Positions 1-9,458 of a stretch of 64,000 nucleotides of DNA are shown here, one piece after another. Under the pieces are notes generated by a model. That model worked only from the letters and a program-made list of their open reading frames with translations. It did no database searches and had not been told where the DNA came from. Source of the stretch: a bacterium. Its GTDB lineage: Bacteria; Electryoneota; Electryoneia; Electryoneales; Electryoneaceae. A program made the translations under genes and the position numbers. Location: positions 1,664,001 through 1,728,000 of the forward strand of contig OY769902.1 of NCBI GenBank assembly GCA_963669175.1. The letters run 5' to 3'. How positions within the stretch are numbered: the stretch's first letter is position 1; each line of letters starts with the position of its first letter.

Positions 1-85
1 TTTCTGCTATTTGGTGACATTATGAAGGTCTGTATTCATCTGTCTATGCTGCCATAAACATTGTATTCACGTAATGTCGCTTGCA

Positions 86-110
86 GAAAAGAGTAGCAGT
101 CCCGATTTTC
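86..110. repeat. REP-like imperfect palindrome (GAAAA...CAGTCCC...TTTTC family)
   Basis: GAAAAGAGTAGCAGTCCCGATTTTC is the reverse complement of 39129-39153 with 1 mismatch; related copies at 9169-9385. Confidence 0.7.
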
Positions 111-130
111 TCGCGCAATTTTCTTACCCC

Positions 131-158
131 AAAAAAACGGGCGCTCGAAAGCGCCCGT
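131..158 (-). terminator. Rho-independent terminator downstream of the LVIVD lipoprotein gene
   Basis: ACGGGCGC-TCGAAA-GCGCCCGT hairpin with an A7 run (U-tract on the minus strand) 25 bp after the stop. Confidence 0.75.
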
Positions 159-183
159 GTGAATGCAGGAGTAAAGTTGAAGA

Positions 184-1296
184 TCAATACTTCAGTTCCA
201 ACACTGCCAGACCTTCTTCTACCGATGTGATCAGCACGATGTTGTTATCAACAATACTGACACTGGTCGGTTCACGGATAACATACATATCCATGAATTC
301 CGGGTTAACCGGGTCAGAGATATCGAAGAACAACACGCCATCATACTGATCCAGCAGCGCCAGGTACTTGCCGCTGATTGCGATGTCAATGGCGTGGTCC
401 AAACCATCCGTGTCAAAATTCTTCACATACTGCAGATCTATCGGGTTGGAGGCATCAATAATCGCCAAACCTGCCGCGCCATCCGCCACATACAGGTAAT
501 CACCCGCCTTGGTCAAATGAGTGGCTTCACCGGGAGTATCGGCGATCGACAACCATTCCACATCATTCCTGAACATGTAGGAGATGTTGACAGCGCCTAC
601 ACCAAGGTCAGCCAAACCTACAGCCAGAGTATCATAACCATTCAGAACAGCAAGTCCCTCAGGGTTACGCGTGTAGTAGCCTGCCTGGGAGATCACACGG
701 GCTGAATTCCAGAAGCTTGAGAACGAGTCGCCTGCAGCAACGCAATCACGCCAGATATAGTCCATCGAAAGGTTGTCACCCTTATCGGTCAACAGAATGG
801 CGAAAACCTGAACGGAGTGATTATGGTAATCCAATTGAAGAACAACAGAGTCCATACGAGTTATGACCATCATGTCCAGTACGCCGGACGATCCGAAAGT
901 ATACCCGGCATAATTCAGGCTGTCTTTCCAGAAGACCTGGGTATTCAAGCTGGTATTAACCGCAATGAAGGGACTTTCTGAGGTTAATCCGACGCGGCGT
1001 ACGCTCGGCTCTTCCTGGTTGATCGTAATCGTATTGATCAAAGACGGGTTGGATGGATTAGAAAAATCGTAAACCAACACATCAGTGAAGTTCTGACTCA
1101 GATACAATTCATCCCCCTGGACAAACGCATCTTCAGCAAATGCCTGTGTCTGGATAACAGTCAGTTTCTCGTAGTGGTTACCGGAATCAACAGGAATAAC
1201 AGGGTCGTTAGGTTCTCCGCATCCTGTAAGCAGGACTGCAAGCAGCAGCGGAATCAAGATCAAGGGAGCAGTTCGAAGTAAGCCGTGCCGTTCCAT
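184..1296 (-). CDS. LVIVD-repeat beta-propeller lipoprotein
   Basis: Lipobox LLTG-C; LVIVD-type repeats (YLYVADGAAGLAIIDASNP, GVLFFDISDPVNP); start set at the ATG following GGAGG. Confidence 0.8.
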   Translation of the reverse strand: MERHGLLRTAPLILIPLLLAVLLTGCGEPNDPVIPVDSGNHYEKLTVIQTQAFAEDAFVQGDELYLSQNFTDVLVYDFSNPSNPSLINTITINQEEPSVRRVGLTSESPFIAVNTSLNTQVFWKDSLNYAGYTFGSSGVLDMMVITRMDSVVLQLDYHNHSVQVFAILLTDKGDNLSMDYIWRDCVAAGDSFSSFWNSARVISQAGYYTRNPEGLAVLNGYDTLAVGLADLGVGAVNISYMFRNDVEWLSIADTPGEATHLTKAGDYLYVADGAAGLAIIDASNPIDLQYVKNFDTDGLDHAIDIAISGKYLALLDQYDGVLFFDISDPVNPEFMDMYVIREPTSVSIVDNNIVLITSVEEGLAVLELKY

Positions 1297-1324
1297 GGTA
1301 GCCTCCATCAGCTTTTTAGGTATG

Positions 1325-2731
1325 TCAGAAGGTAGTCAGCTTCTGCTTCTGAAGCAAGAACAGGCGCCGAATTGCGCCAACAAGATACAAGCTGCCTGTA
1401 ACAACAAGTATAGCGTCCGAATCGGCATGTTCCAGCGCCAACTCATAGACCTTATCCAGGGCAACAGCCTGCGATTTCCAACCGTGTTGGCGAACGATTG
1501 AAGCGGTGTCTTCCGGCGATAATGCACGTGGCGTGCGCGCCGCTGTTGTGTATGCCATTTCCGGTGTTCTGTCCAGGGCTTTCAGGAAATCCTGTACACG
1601 TTTATCACGATTAAAACCCAGAATGTAATGTACCGGTCTGTCCGGCCAGCAGGCGTTCAACAGTTCACGAAGCACCCCAGCGCCCTGGGGAGTGTGCGCC
1701 CCGTCCAGCAAGACAATCGGATCACGCCGGATAATTTCACCCCGCCCCGGCCACTGGACCAGTTGCAATCCCGCCTGTACCTGTTCGCTTGACAGGGCAT
1801 ATGCCCTATCTGCCGAGAGACGTTCCGCCGCCAACACCGCTGTAGCCGCGTTCTCGGCCTGATGGGCTCCGAGCAGCGGAGTTCGCAAGTCCGTGTAGTT
1901 TCTGTTCGGTGTTGTCAGGTCAAAACGGGTGCCGTTGACATTTACTTCCCGCACCGTCAGTTTCGCCTCATGACCGATACGCCACAATTCGCTCCCGGTC
2001 TGCATCGCTCTTTCCATGATGGGCGTGAGAGCCTCTTCCAGTTGCGGTGCGATCACGGCCGGCTTGCCGGGTTTGATGATATGAGCTTTGTCCGCGGCGA
2101 TTTCACCAACCGTATTACCCAGCACATTCATATGGTCCAGGCCGACCCGTGTAATGACGGATAACACGGGATCAACCACGTTCGTCGCATCGAGGCGTCC
2201 GCCCATACCGACCTCTACCAGGGCGGCATCTACTATCTCAACCTGGAAGGTTTTGAACGCCAGCGCTGTGAGCAGTTCGAAAACGGTACGGAAGCAGGCG
2301 ACCGCCGGACGTTTGTCGATCATGGGCTGAATCATGTGATACAATTCGGCAAAGCGTTCACGTTCCAGGCTTTGTCCGTCAACACGAATCCGTTCACGCA
2401 CCTCAACCAGGTGTGGTGATACGGTTGCGCCGGTATGATACCCGGCATGTTTCAGGATGGCTTCCAGGTGTGCGAGGGTTGCGCCTTTGCCACGTGTTCC
2501 CGTGAAATGAATGACCGGACGGCTCAGGTGCGGACTGCCCATGGTGTCCAGAAACTCGGCATATACACCGAGGTCACGATCTACAGTCGCCTGTGCGTCC
2601 GGCGCCATGCGTTCAAGGTCAAGGCGCTGGTAAAGATGTTCCAGCGCCACACGGTAAGGGCTGCACGATTCTGCACCGGCATCAAAATCGGTGACGTCGA
2701 TACCGTGGGTGTAAGGAGATGTTTCCGCCAT
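1325..2731 (-). CDS. folC: Bifunctional folylpolyglutamate/dihydrofolate synthase
   Basis: P-loop TGTRGKG, SPHL..RERI, EVGMGGRLDATN, WPGR, LDGAH, TGSLYLVG; start moved to MAETSP. Confidence 0.93.
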   Translation of the reverse strand: MAETSPYTHGIDVTDFDAGAESCSPYRVALEHLYQRLDLERMAPDAQATVDRDLGVYAEFLDTMGSPHLSRPVIHFTGTRGKGATLAHLEAILKHAGYHTGATVSPHLVEVRERIRVDGQSLERERFAELYHMIQPMIDKRPAVACFRTVFELLTALAFKTFQVEIVDAALVEVGMGGRLDATNVVDPVLSVITRVGLDHMNVLGNTVGEIAADKAHIIKPGKPAVIAPQLEEALTPIMERAMQTGSELWRIGHEAKLTVREVNVNGTRFDLTTPNRNYTDLRTPLLGAHQAENAATAVLAAERLSADRAYALSSEQVQAGLQLVQWPGRGEIIRRDPIVLLDGAHTPQGAGVLRELLNACWPDRPVHYILGFNRDKRVQDFLKALDRTPEMAYTTAARTPRALSPEDTASIVRQHGWKSQAVALDKVYELALEHADSDAILVVTGSLYLVGAIRRLFLLQKQKLTTF

Positions 2732-2809
2732 CGTTTGCAATCCTGAAAGTAAAAAAAAATCCGCCATCGGCGGATTGAATGTCGTGCTTTGCGTATGTGC
2801 TCGCAAGAC

Positions 2810-3916
2810 CTACATGTACGCTTCCTCGTCCAGTACCGGGCTGACAATATAAATCATCGGTTCCTGGGAGAGATCAATCGTTTTCCCGTCCGGAATTGGT
2901 TCGCCATGCATATCGCGGATAGTCTTAATGACAGGGCGTACCGGGTAAGCCTTGTTGGTCTTGATGACACGGGCCATATTACCATCGTTCAGCTTGACCA
3001 GGCTGTCCACCGGGAAAATGCTGATCACATCGATGAGCGCCTTGATCAGGCGTGCGGAGAAATCCTTGTTGCGACGTTCGATAATGGACTGGATCGCTTT
3101 ATAAGCGATGAAATTATCTTTGTAGTGTCGGTGATGTGTCAGAGCAACAAAGGTATCTGCAATGCCAATGATCTGAGCGTAAATGTGGATATCGTCTTCT
3201 TTCAGGCCCAGCGGGTATCCGTTTCCGTTCCAGCGCTCATGCTCCTGGGAGACGGCTGTCGGAAGATAAGGATGTTCATCTGCGATGACTTCCAGGATTG
3301 CTTTCCCATGGAGAGGATGCTGTTTGATCATCTGGAATTCCATCGGGGTCAGTTCGCCCTTTTTGGTCAGGACTTCCTGCGGAACCCGCAACATGCCGAC
3401 TTCATGCACCAGGGCTGCTACGCCGACTTCAACGACTTTATCGAAAGGCAGGCGCATACCAAATGCGACTTTGATAGAAACAATAGCCACATTTACGGAG
3501 TGTTCGGGCATTTCCTTCTGGCTGCGCCGCGAGGAGAGCCCTTTCATAAACAGGTAATCCCCCTCCTGAAGATTGAGGGCCATTTCTGTGGCGCGTTTCT
3601 CAATCTCATCAAGGTGAAACGGTTCCCCGGCAGCGATTGTGTTCAGGAAATTGTCAACTGCTGTTACTGTAGCGTTAAATGTATCAGCACGTTTAGCCTG
3701 TTCTTCTGCTTTGCGTTTTTCTTCTTCTTCTACCCGGTTTATCTGTGGTGCAGAGCTTACCTGATCACCACCGGGAACTGGCGCTCCCTTTGGTGCGGGG
3801 AATGCGTAACCACCACCACCAAACTGTTCTTTCTTCTCAGGTTCAGAAGGGGTCGATGTCCGTTCAGAACGGACAACGTCACGCGCGGAACGCAATACGT
3901 CGCGCATCCTTACCAT
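2810..3916 (-). CDS. HD-GYP domain protein with altered metal ligands
   Basis: HSVNV, HERWNGNGYP, IIGIAD; the HD dyad reads HE (HEVGM). Confidence 0.85.
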   Translation of the reverse strand: MVRMRDVLRSARDVVRSERTSTPSEPEKKEQFGGGGYAFPAPKGAPVPGGDQVSSAPQINRVEEEEKRKAEEQAKRADTFNATVTAVDNFLNTIAAGEPFHLDEIEKRATEMALNLQEGDYLFMKGLSSRRSQKEMPEHSVNVAIVSIKVAFGMRLPFDKVVEVGVAALVHEVGMLRVPQEVLTKKGELTPMEFQMIKQHPLHGKAILEVIADEHPYLPTAVSQEHERWNGNGYPLGLKEDDIHIYAQIIGIADTFVALTHHRHYKDNFIAYKAIQSIIERRNKDFSARLIKALIDVISIFPVDSLVKLNDGNMARVIKTNKAYPVRPVIKTIRDMHGEPIPDGKTIDLSQEPMIYIVSPVLDEEAYM

Positions 3917-4731
3917 TGGTAGTTCCCCCCAGCGGTTTCACTATCGATCACAGAACGTACCAAGTCCTGATCGATTTTCGCTACTCTATTTCCAGCGCCA
4001 ATTGCAAGACAGAGATCACACAAGTTATTGATTCGACGGGGAGTGCCGCCTGTATGGGAAAAAATCTCTGCAACAGCATCTTCCGTAAATACTTCTTCGT
4101 TTAAATTCCCGGCCACTGCCAGCCGATACTCGATATATTTGAACGTCTCGTCAATATCCAGGGGGATAAGATGATATTTCACATCCAGCCTCTGAACCAA
4201 TTGTGGTAACTGGCGCAGTTTGTCGCGGAGTTCAGGCTGTCCCGACAGGATAAGCGTAAGCATGAAACGGTCATTCATCTGGAAATTAAGCAGGAGTCGC
4301 AATTCTTCCAGGGTCATCAAATCATCAATAACCTGCGCTTCATCTACAATCAACAGGGCGTGTTTGTTCCGCTGTAAATCATCAAACAGGTGTTCATTGA
4401 TTTTTCGTAATACTTCGTTCTTCTTCTCAGGAATATCGTTGGTTCCGAGCTGATACAGGATTTCCTGGAGTAATTCGATAGCGGACCAACGCGGATTTGT
4501 CAAAAGGACAACGTCAAATTTATGAGGATCAATTTCGTTAATCACAGTGCGAATCAGAGTCGTTTTTCCACACCCGTATTCACCTGTCAATAGAGCTGCC
4601 CCCTTGAATTCATGCATCGCATACAGAATTCGCATAAGAGCTTCACGATGTTGCTGGGACTGAAAGAAAAAACGCGGATCTGGTGTATTTTCAAAAGGTT
4701 TTTCTTTCAAACCCCAATAATCGAGATACAC
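3910..4731 (-). CDS. ExeA/GspA/MshM-family AAA+ ATPase
   Basis: YWGLKEKPF..TPDPRFFF N-terminus, Walker A GEYGCGKTT, Walker B IVDEAQ, GQPEL, GGTPRRIN; GTG start; overlaps the HD-GYP gene by 7 bp. Confidence 0.9.
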   Translation of the reverse strand: MYLDYWGLKEKPFENTPDPRFFFQSQQHREALMRILYAMHEFKGAALLTGEYGCGKTTLIRTVINEIDPHKFDVVLLTNPRWSAIELLQEILYQLGTNDIPEKKNEVLRKINEHLFDDLQRNKHALLIVDEAQVIDDLMTLEELRLLLNFQMNDRFMLTLILSGQPELRDKLRQLPQLVQRLDVKYHLIPLDIDETFKYIEYRLAVAGNLNEEVFTEDAVAEIFSHTGGTPRRINNLCDLCLAIGAGNRVAKIDQDLVRSVIDSETAGGNYQW

Positions 4732-4983
4732 AACCAACTCCAACTTCTACAGGTTAACGGCGTGTTTCGCCGGTCTGAGTCTCCACAAGCCTCATAAAGA
4801 ATAGGGCAAACCTAGAAGAAATAAAAGGTACGGGTTTAACAACCTGCTTGCAACAGGTAATCATGCACTCATACCGGCTAGAGTCGCTGTTTCTAGGTTA
4901 ATTGGCTTTTTTAGCATTTGAAAGAAAAGCAGTAAAAGTGACGATTTCAATCAATAATATGCTGAAAACTCTGGATTACGAGC

Positions 4984-5274
4984 CTACTCCTGAACCTGAA
5001 CAAGGTAGTCAAGGCCGCTGATACTAAGCACTTCCCGGATATAGGGCATGGGGTTGTGAATAACCAGACGTCCCCGGGATTTTCGAAGCCGCTGATACGT
5101 TGCCAAGATTACGGATAGACCTGCGCTGTTGATATAGTCGACTTCAGACATATCCAGCTCGATGACTCCCGAGTAATCATCCAGGGTTTCTCGAAACGCA
5201 TCGATTGCTTCGTTGTCGAGTCTGCCAGATAAAACGATACGATTCTGTTCGTATTTCTCAATCCGGAACGCCAT
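4984..5274 (-). CDS. STAS-domain anti-sigma factor antagonist
   Basis: LSGRLD, LDMSEVDYINSAGL with the phosphorylatable Ser, EVLSISGL; start at MAFRIE. Confidence 0.85.
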   Translation of the reverse strand: MAFRIEKYEQNRIVLSGRLDNEAIDAFRETLDDYSGVIELDMSEVDYINSAGLSVILATYQRLRKSRGRLVIHNPMPYIREVLSISGLDYLVQVQE

Positions 5275-5513
5275 GGCTACCTTTGCTTTGTTGCGCTGGC
5301 ATCTTCTCAAGAAAAATAAAAAGTATCTACTTCCAGAGTATGTGACGAATGCACATCCAAAATCAATTCCCCGATAGGGAGTTTTTCGAAATAATACCCA
5401 AGCCGGATTCACTCATATTTCAATATCGACACATTGCTTGCAGAGCTTAAAAATATTAAGCTATACAGTTCCAGTACATTGAGCAAGGATCAAACAACCG
5501 GGAAAGTAGTCGA

Positions 5514-6284
5514 TTGGTTACAATTTTAAAGACTGAAGCCCTGGTGCTTCGTCGCTTCCCCCATGGCGACTCAAGCCTTGTAACTCATATGTTTACAAGG
5601 GAGCAGGGGCGTGTACACTTCCTCGCGAAAGGGGCGCGCTCCGGTGGGAAACGTGCGCCTACACCCCTGATACCAGTCGCGTTGCTCGAGGTTATCTGGA
5701 AACCCTCAACCAAAAGTGAATTACAACTACTTCGAGAAGTATCTCTGCTTGATGGCTTTGGGGCCATTCACCAGGATCTTGACCGTCTCGCCTGGGCTCA
5801 AGCGGCTCTGGAGACACTGGCGCGCACGTTGAACGGTCAGGAGCCTCATGAAGCCTTGTTCACTATGACCGTGGGTTACCTCAAAGCGCTGGCCGCCCCG
5901 GATGCGAACATGGAAAAGCTGTTTTACCGATTCCAGCTTCGTGTTCTGAAGGAGTTGGGCTATGCCATGGACCTGTCCCTGCCGGAGGGACGAGCTTCTC
6001 ACCTGATGTTCCTCGCAGGACATGGCAAGGTTGTTGGAGTGCATCCGCAGGATGTCAGCACGATCAAACGACGCGGCCAGGTGCTCATACGTCCCGGACA
6101 CTGGATGATGCTGCAGGCCCTTGGTGGAGACCAGGGGGACGCCTTCAAACGGTTAAAACTGACCCAGGATGCGAAACGGGAAATCGAGACGGTCATGCAG
6201 GCAGCGTATCAACATGCGTTCGATCATTGGAAACCACTGGAGAGCCTGAAACTGATCAAGGGTAGATCAAACGGAAACGTGTGA
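5514..6284 (+). CDS. recO: DNA repair protein RecO
   Basis: TEALVLRRFPHGDSS, FTREQGRV..AKGAR OB-fold N-terminus; LKELGY. Confidence 0.88.
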   Translation: MVTILKTEALVLRRFPHGDSSLVTHMFTREQGRVHFLAKGARSGGKRAPTPLIPVALLEVIWKPSTKSELQLLREVSLLDGFGAIHQDLDRLAWAQAALETLARTLNGQEPHEALFTMTVGYLKALAAPDANMEKLFYRFQLRVLKELGYAMDLSLPEGRASHLMFLAGHGKVVGVHPQDVSTIKRRGQVLIRPGHWMMLQALGGDQGDAFKRLKLTQDAKREIETVMQAAYQHAFDHWKPLESLKLIKGRSNGNV

Positions 6285-6315
6285 GCCAGTTACCGGGGGT
6301 TGGGAGGACAATCGG

Positions 6316-8946
6316 ATGGCATTTCGGCGGACGTTTTGTATAGTAATTCTGGCATTTCTCATCTCCTTCGGGAGTTCCCTTGCCGGTGAGACCGGGAAAC
6401 TGACCGGGACCATCACGGACGCAACAACCGGTCAGAAACTGGCGGGCGCCAGTGTGCTGATTGAGGGAACTACCCTGGGATCAGCTACTGATCTTGACGG
6501 CGATTACACCATTCTGCGAGTCCCGCCTGGACGACACACTATTTCTATCAGTTTTGTCGGGTACCAGACGCTTGTGGTGGATAACGTGCTGGTTGAATCG
6601 GATAAAACGACACGGCTTTCCTTTGCGTTGGAGCAGGCTGCAGTCGAGGCCGAAGAGGTAGTCATCACCTGGACCAAACCACCGGTAGATCTGACTGAAA
6701 CCAATGAACGCACCACAGTTCAGGGTGAAGTGGTGCGTCAGCTTCCCATGCGTCAGCTTGACCAGATAGTAGCGTTGCAGGCAGGCGCGGTTACGGACGC
6801 TTCCGGCGATCTGCATATTCGTGGCGGACGTAGCGGTGAGATCGCGTATTACGTGGACGGCATCCGTGTCGAGGATCCCCTTTCCGGGGATCGTGCTCAA
6901 CAAATCAGCCGCGAAGCATTGCAGGAACTGAGTGTACTGTCCGGTACCTTCAATGCGGAATACGGCGATGCCATGAGCGGTGTTGTTACCATTGTCACGC
7001 GTGAAGGTGGAGAAGAGTACGAAGGCTCGCTGGAGTATGAAACCGGATTCATCAACTCCAGCCCCTACCGTGAAGCGGACTGGGCCAGTGCGGGCAGTGA
7101 TTCACGACGTGATCCGGTTACCGGTGAGTCCGAATACAAAGAGACCAATGTTCTCGACGAACTCGATCCCTGGATTCCGATCAAGGGACGCCTGTCCGCA
7201 TCCTTTGGCGGACCGGTTCCCTTTACCCCGAACATGACGTTCTTTGTTCTGGGTGTCAGTGAGCCGGAAGATCTCTGGGAACCGTTCGGCTACAAATGGG
7301 TCCGCAAAGCGATGGGCAAAACCGCCTGGACCACCGATTTCGGGAAGCTGACTTTCAGTGGCACGGTGCGCAAAGCGGAAAAGAAAAGCTACAGTCATTC
7401 CTGGAAATACGTCCCCGAGCATTACCACACGAAGTTTGACAACAGCGAGCGATTCGGCTTGTCCTTCACACGTTCCCCCAGCGAAAAACTCTACTACACC
7501 ATCAACCTTGGCTATTTCAACAAGGAGAACGACGTCAAGGTGTTCGAGGACTGGGATGATTACCTGGCCAATGTGACCAAACGGAAACAGCCGTTGAAGG
7601 ACTTCACTTTCGCGGGATATTTCTACGAAGATGATGACTGGTCGGACACCTACCGTGAATCTTCCACCCTCACCTATTCCGCATCATCGAAGGTGACCTG
7701 GCAGATGAACCATGTTCACCAATGGGACGCGGGGATGGAAGTACGTCAGCACAACGCGCAAATGGAAGACTGGCGCGACCTGCAAATCGCTACGGATGGC
7801 AGTAAAATCGGCGTTGTGGATCGTTACGATGAAGACGTTATTGATGGCGCTCTGTATGTTCAGGATAAAATTGAGTTGGATTATCTCGTGGTCAACGCCG
7901 GGCTTCGTTTCGATTATGTCGATCCGGAAACAGAGGGCTGGTCGGATATTGAAAATCCCCTGAGCCCGATGGAGGATGCACCGGCTTCCTATCAGTTGAG
8001 CCCACGGCTTGGTCTCGCTCATCCGATCAGCGACCGTCTGACCCTGCATTTCGCCTATGGTCATTTTTTCCAGTACCCGGACTATGTCAACCTGTTCATG
8101 AATTCTTCGGACCTCGACCCGGATACGCTCGCCATCCGAAGCTTTGACGTGGTAGGCAACCGGATGCTGAAACCGCAAAAAACAGTCGCCTATGAAGTCG
8201 GCATGAAAGCTGTGCTCACGCCGGTCTGGGGTTTGTCCATGACTGCGTTTTACAAGGATATCACGGATCTGGTGGGCACCCGGCAAGTGCGTGTCGGGAC
8301 GGCTTACAACTACGCCGCGATGGTGAACATTGACTACGCCAATGTGAAGGGATTTGAATTCGGCATTGTGCGCAACCTGTCCAATTACTGGAGTTTGCAG
8401 GCGAATTATACCTACAGCGTGGCGAAGGGGAATTCCTCGGAACCGATGACCGGGTATTACGACGCCTATTACAACGAAACCGAAGTCCGGCAGGAGTATT
8501 ACATGGACTTCGACCGCCGCCATGTCTTCAACACCATGTTGACCATTTCCACGGGCGAGAACAATTACCCGGAATTTTTCCATACCACTGCACTGCGTGG
8601 GATTCAGGTCGGGATTACGGTGAATGTGGCGTCGGGGTTGCCCTATACCCCGTATTCCGGGGCGGGAGAACAACTGGCCTTGCGCAATTCTGAACGTATG
8701 GACTACACCGCGACGGTGGATTTTCGTTTGAGTAAAACGGTTGTTTTCAAACCGGTGGGCGTGACGTTGTTTACTTCGATCACCAACCTGTTTGACCGTG
8801 TAAATCCGATCTCGGTGAACAGCCGTACCGGGGAACCCTGGGAAACTACGGTGCCCGGCAACGATATCAGCTATGACCAGATCCACAACCCGAGTTATGT
8901 CGGCGATCCACGGATCGTGCGTGTGGGGATGCAGGTGGATTTCTAG
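6316..8946 (+). CDS. TonB-dependent receptor with N-terminal carboxypeptidase-regulatory-like domain
   Basis: Signal peptide, GKLTGTITDATTG, plug HIRGGRSGEIAYYVDG, GTFNAEYG, SPRLG, C-terminal RVGMQVDF. Confidence 0.93.
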   Translation: MAFRRTFCIVILAFLISFGSSLAGETGKLTGTITDATTGQKLAGASVLIEGTTLGSATDLDGDYTILRVPPGRHTISISFVGYQTLVVDNVLVESDKTTRLSFALEQAAVEAEEVVITWTKPPVDLTETNERTTVQGEVVRQLPMRQLDQIVALQAGAVTDASGDLHIRGGRSGEIAYYVDGIRVEDPLSGDRAQQISREALQELSVLSGTFNAEYGDAMSGVVTIVTREGGEEYEGSLEYETGFINSSPYREADWASAGSDSRRDPVTGESEYKETNVLDELDPWIPIKGRLSASFGGPVPFTPNMTFFVLGVSEPEDLWEPFGYKWVRKAMGKTAWTTDFGKLTFSGTVRKAEKKSYSHSWKYVPEHYHTKFDNSERFGLSFTRSPSEKLYYTINLGYFNKENDVKVFEDWDDYLANVTKRKQPLKDFTFAGYFYEDDDWSDTYRESSTLTYSASSKVTWQMNHVHQWDAGMEVRQHNAQMEDWRDLQIATDGSKIGVVDRYDEDVIDGALYVQDKIELDYLVVNAGLRFDYVDPETEGWSDIENPLSPMEDAPASYQLSPRLGLAHPISDRLTLHFAYGHFFQYPDYVNLFMNSSDLDPDTLAIRSFDVVGNRMLKPQKTVAYEVGMKAVLTPVWGLSMTAFYKDITDLVGTRQVRVGTAYNYAAMVNIDYANVKGFEFGIVRNLSNYWSLQANYTYSVAKGNSSEPMTGYYDAYYNETEVRQEYYMDFDRRHVFNTMLTISTGENNYPEFFHTTALRGIQVGITVNVASGLPYTPYSGAGEQLALRNSERMDYTATVDFRLSKTVVFKPVGVTLFTSITNLFDRVNPISVNSRTGEPWETTVPGNDISYDQIHNPSYVGDPRIVRVGMQVDF

Positions 8947-9000
8947 ACACATTGAGTGAAAAAAGTAGACAGTGAAAAAAGTGAAAAAAGAGAAAAAACA

Positions 9001-9131
9001 CGCGTGGCCAGATTTGCTTGATGTGAAAGCCGCGTGGCCCGGTGTGCTTGCACCCGGGCAGTGAGGAATCAGAATTCGACGAGTGGCTTGGAAGTGGCTT
9101 GGCCGCGTGGCCCGGTGTGCTTGCACCCGGG
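9001..9131. repeat. REP-like GC-rich palindromes (GTGGCCCGG-TGTGCTTGCA-CCCGGG), two full copies and one partial
   Basis: Direct copies at about 9029-9058 and 9102-9131; related inverted pair at 17845-17920. Confidence 0.7.
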
Positions 9132-9168
9132 AAAATTGCTTAGCGAGTGATGTGGAAAAGGATGAAGA

Positions 9169-9385
9169 GAAAGGGGACTGTTTCCTTTCCCTTGTGGCAA
9201 AATCTGATTTCATATGAAATGATGTGGGAAAGGTGACTGTCCCCTTTTTCCTGTGAACATGTAAACGCTCAGGGCCGTTACAGAAATTCAACATCTGCGC
9301 ATCGAAAAGGGTACAGCTTCCTTTTCTGAAAGAACAGCGAAAGTGTCCTGATCACAGCGCGGAGAAAAGGATTCCGTCCCCTTTT
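9169..9385. repeat. Cluster of four GAAAGGG..ACTGT..CCTTT REP-like palindromes
   Basis: Copies at about 9169, 9227, 9305 and 9364; same family as 86-110 and 39129-39368. Confidence 0.65.
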
Positions 9386-9458
9386 CGTACAAGTTTCTGA
9401 TGAACCGAATGGTCTTTATATCTCACTTAACAGAAAGCCAAACAACACGGAGTGAACC

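Noticed and set aside
2789-3922. 377-aa plus-strand ORF (likewise 11022-12038 and 31683-32642)
   Set aside because: Shadow ORFs opposite well-supported genes.
7684-9294. 536-aa minus-strand ORF
   Set aside because: Antisense shadow of the TonB receptor running into repeat DNA; no recognisable motifs.
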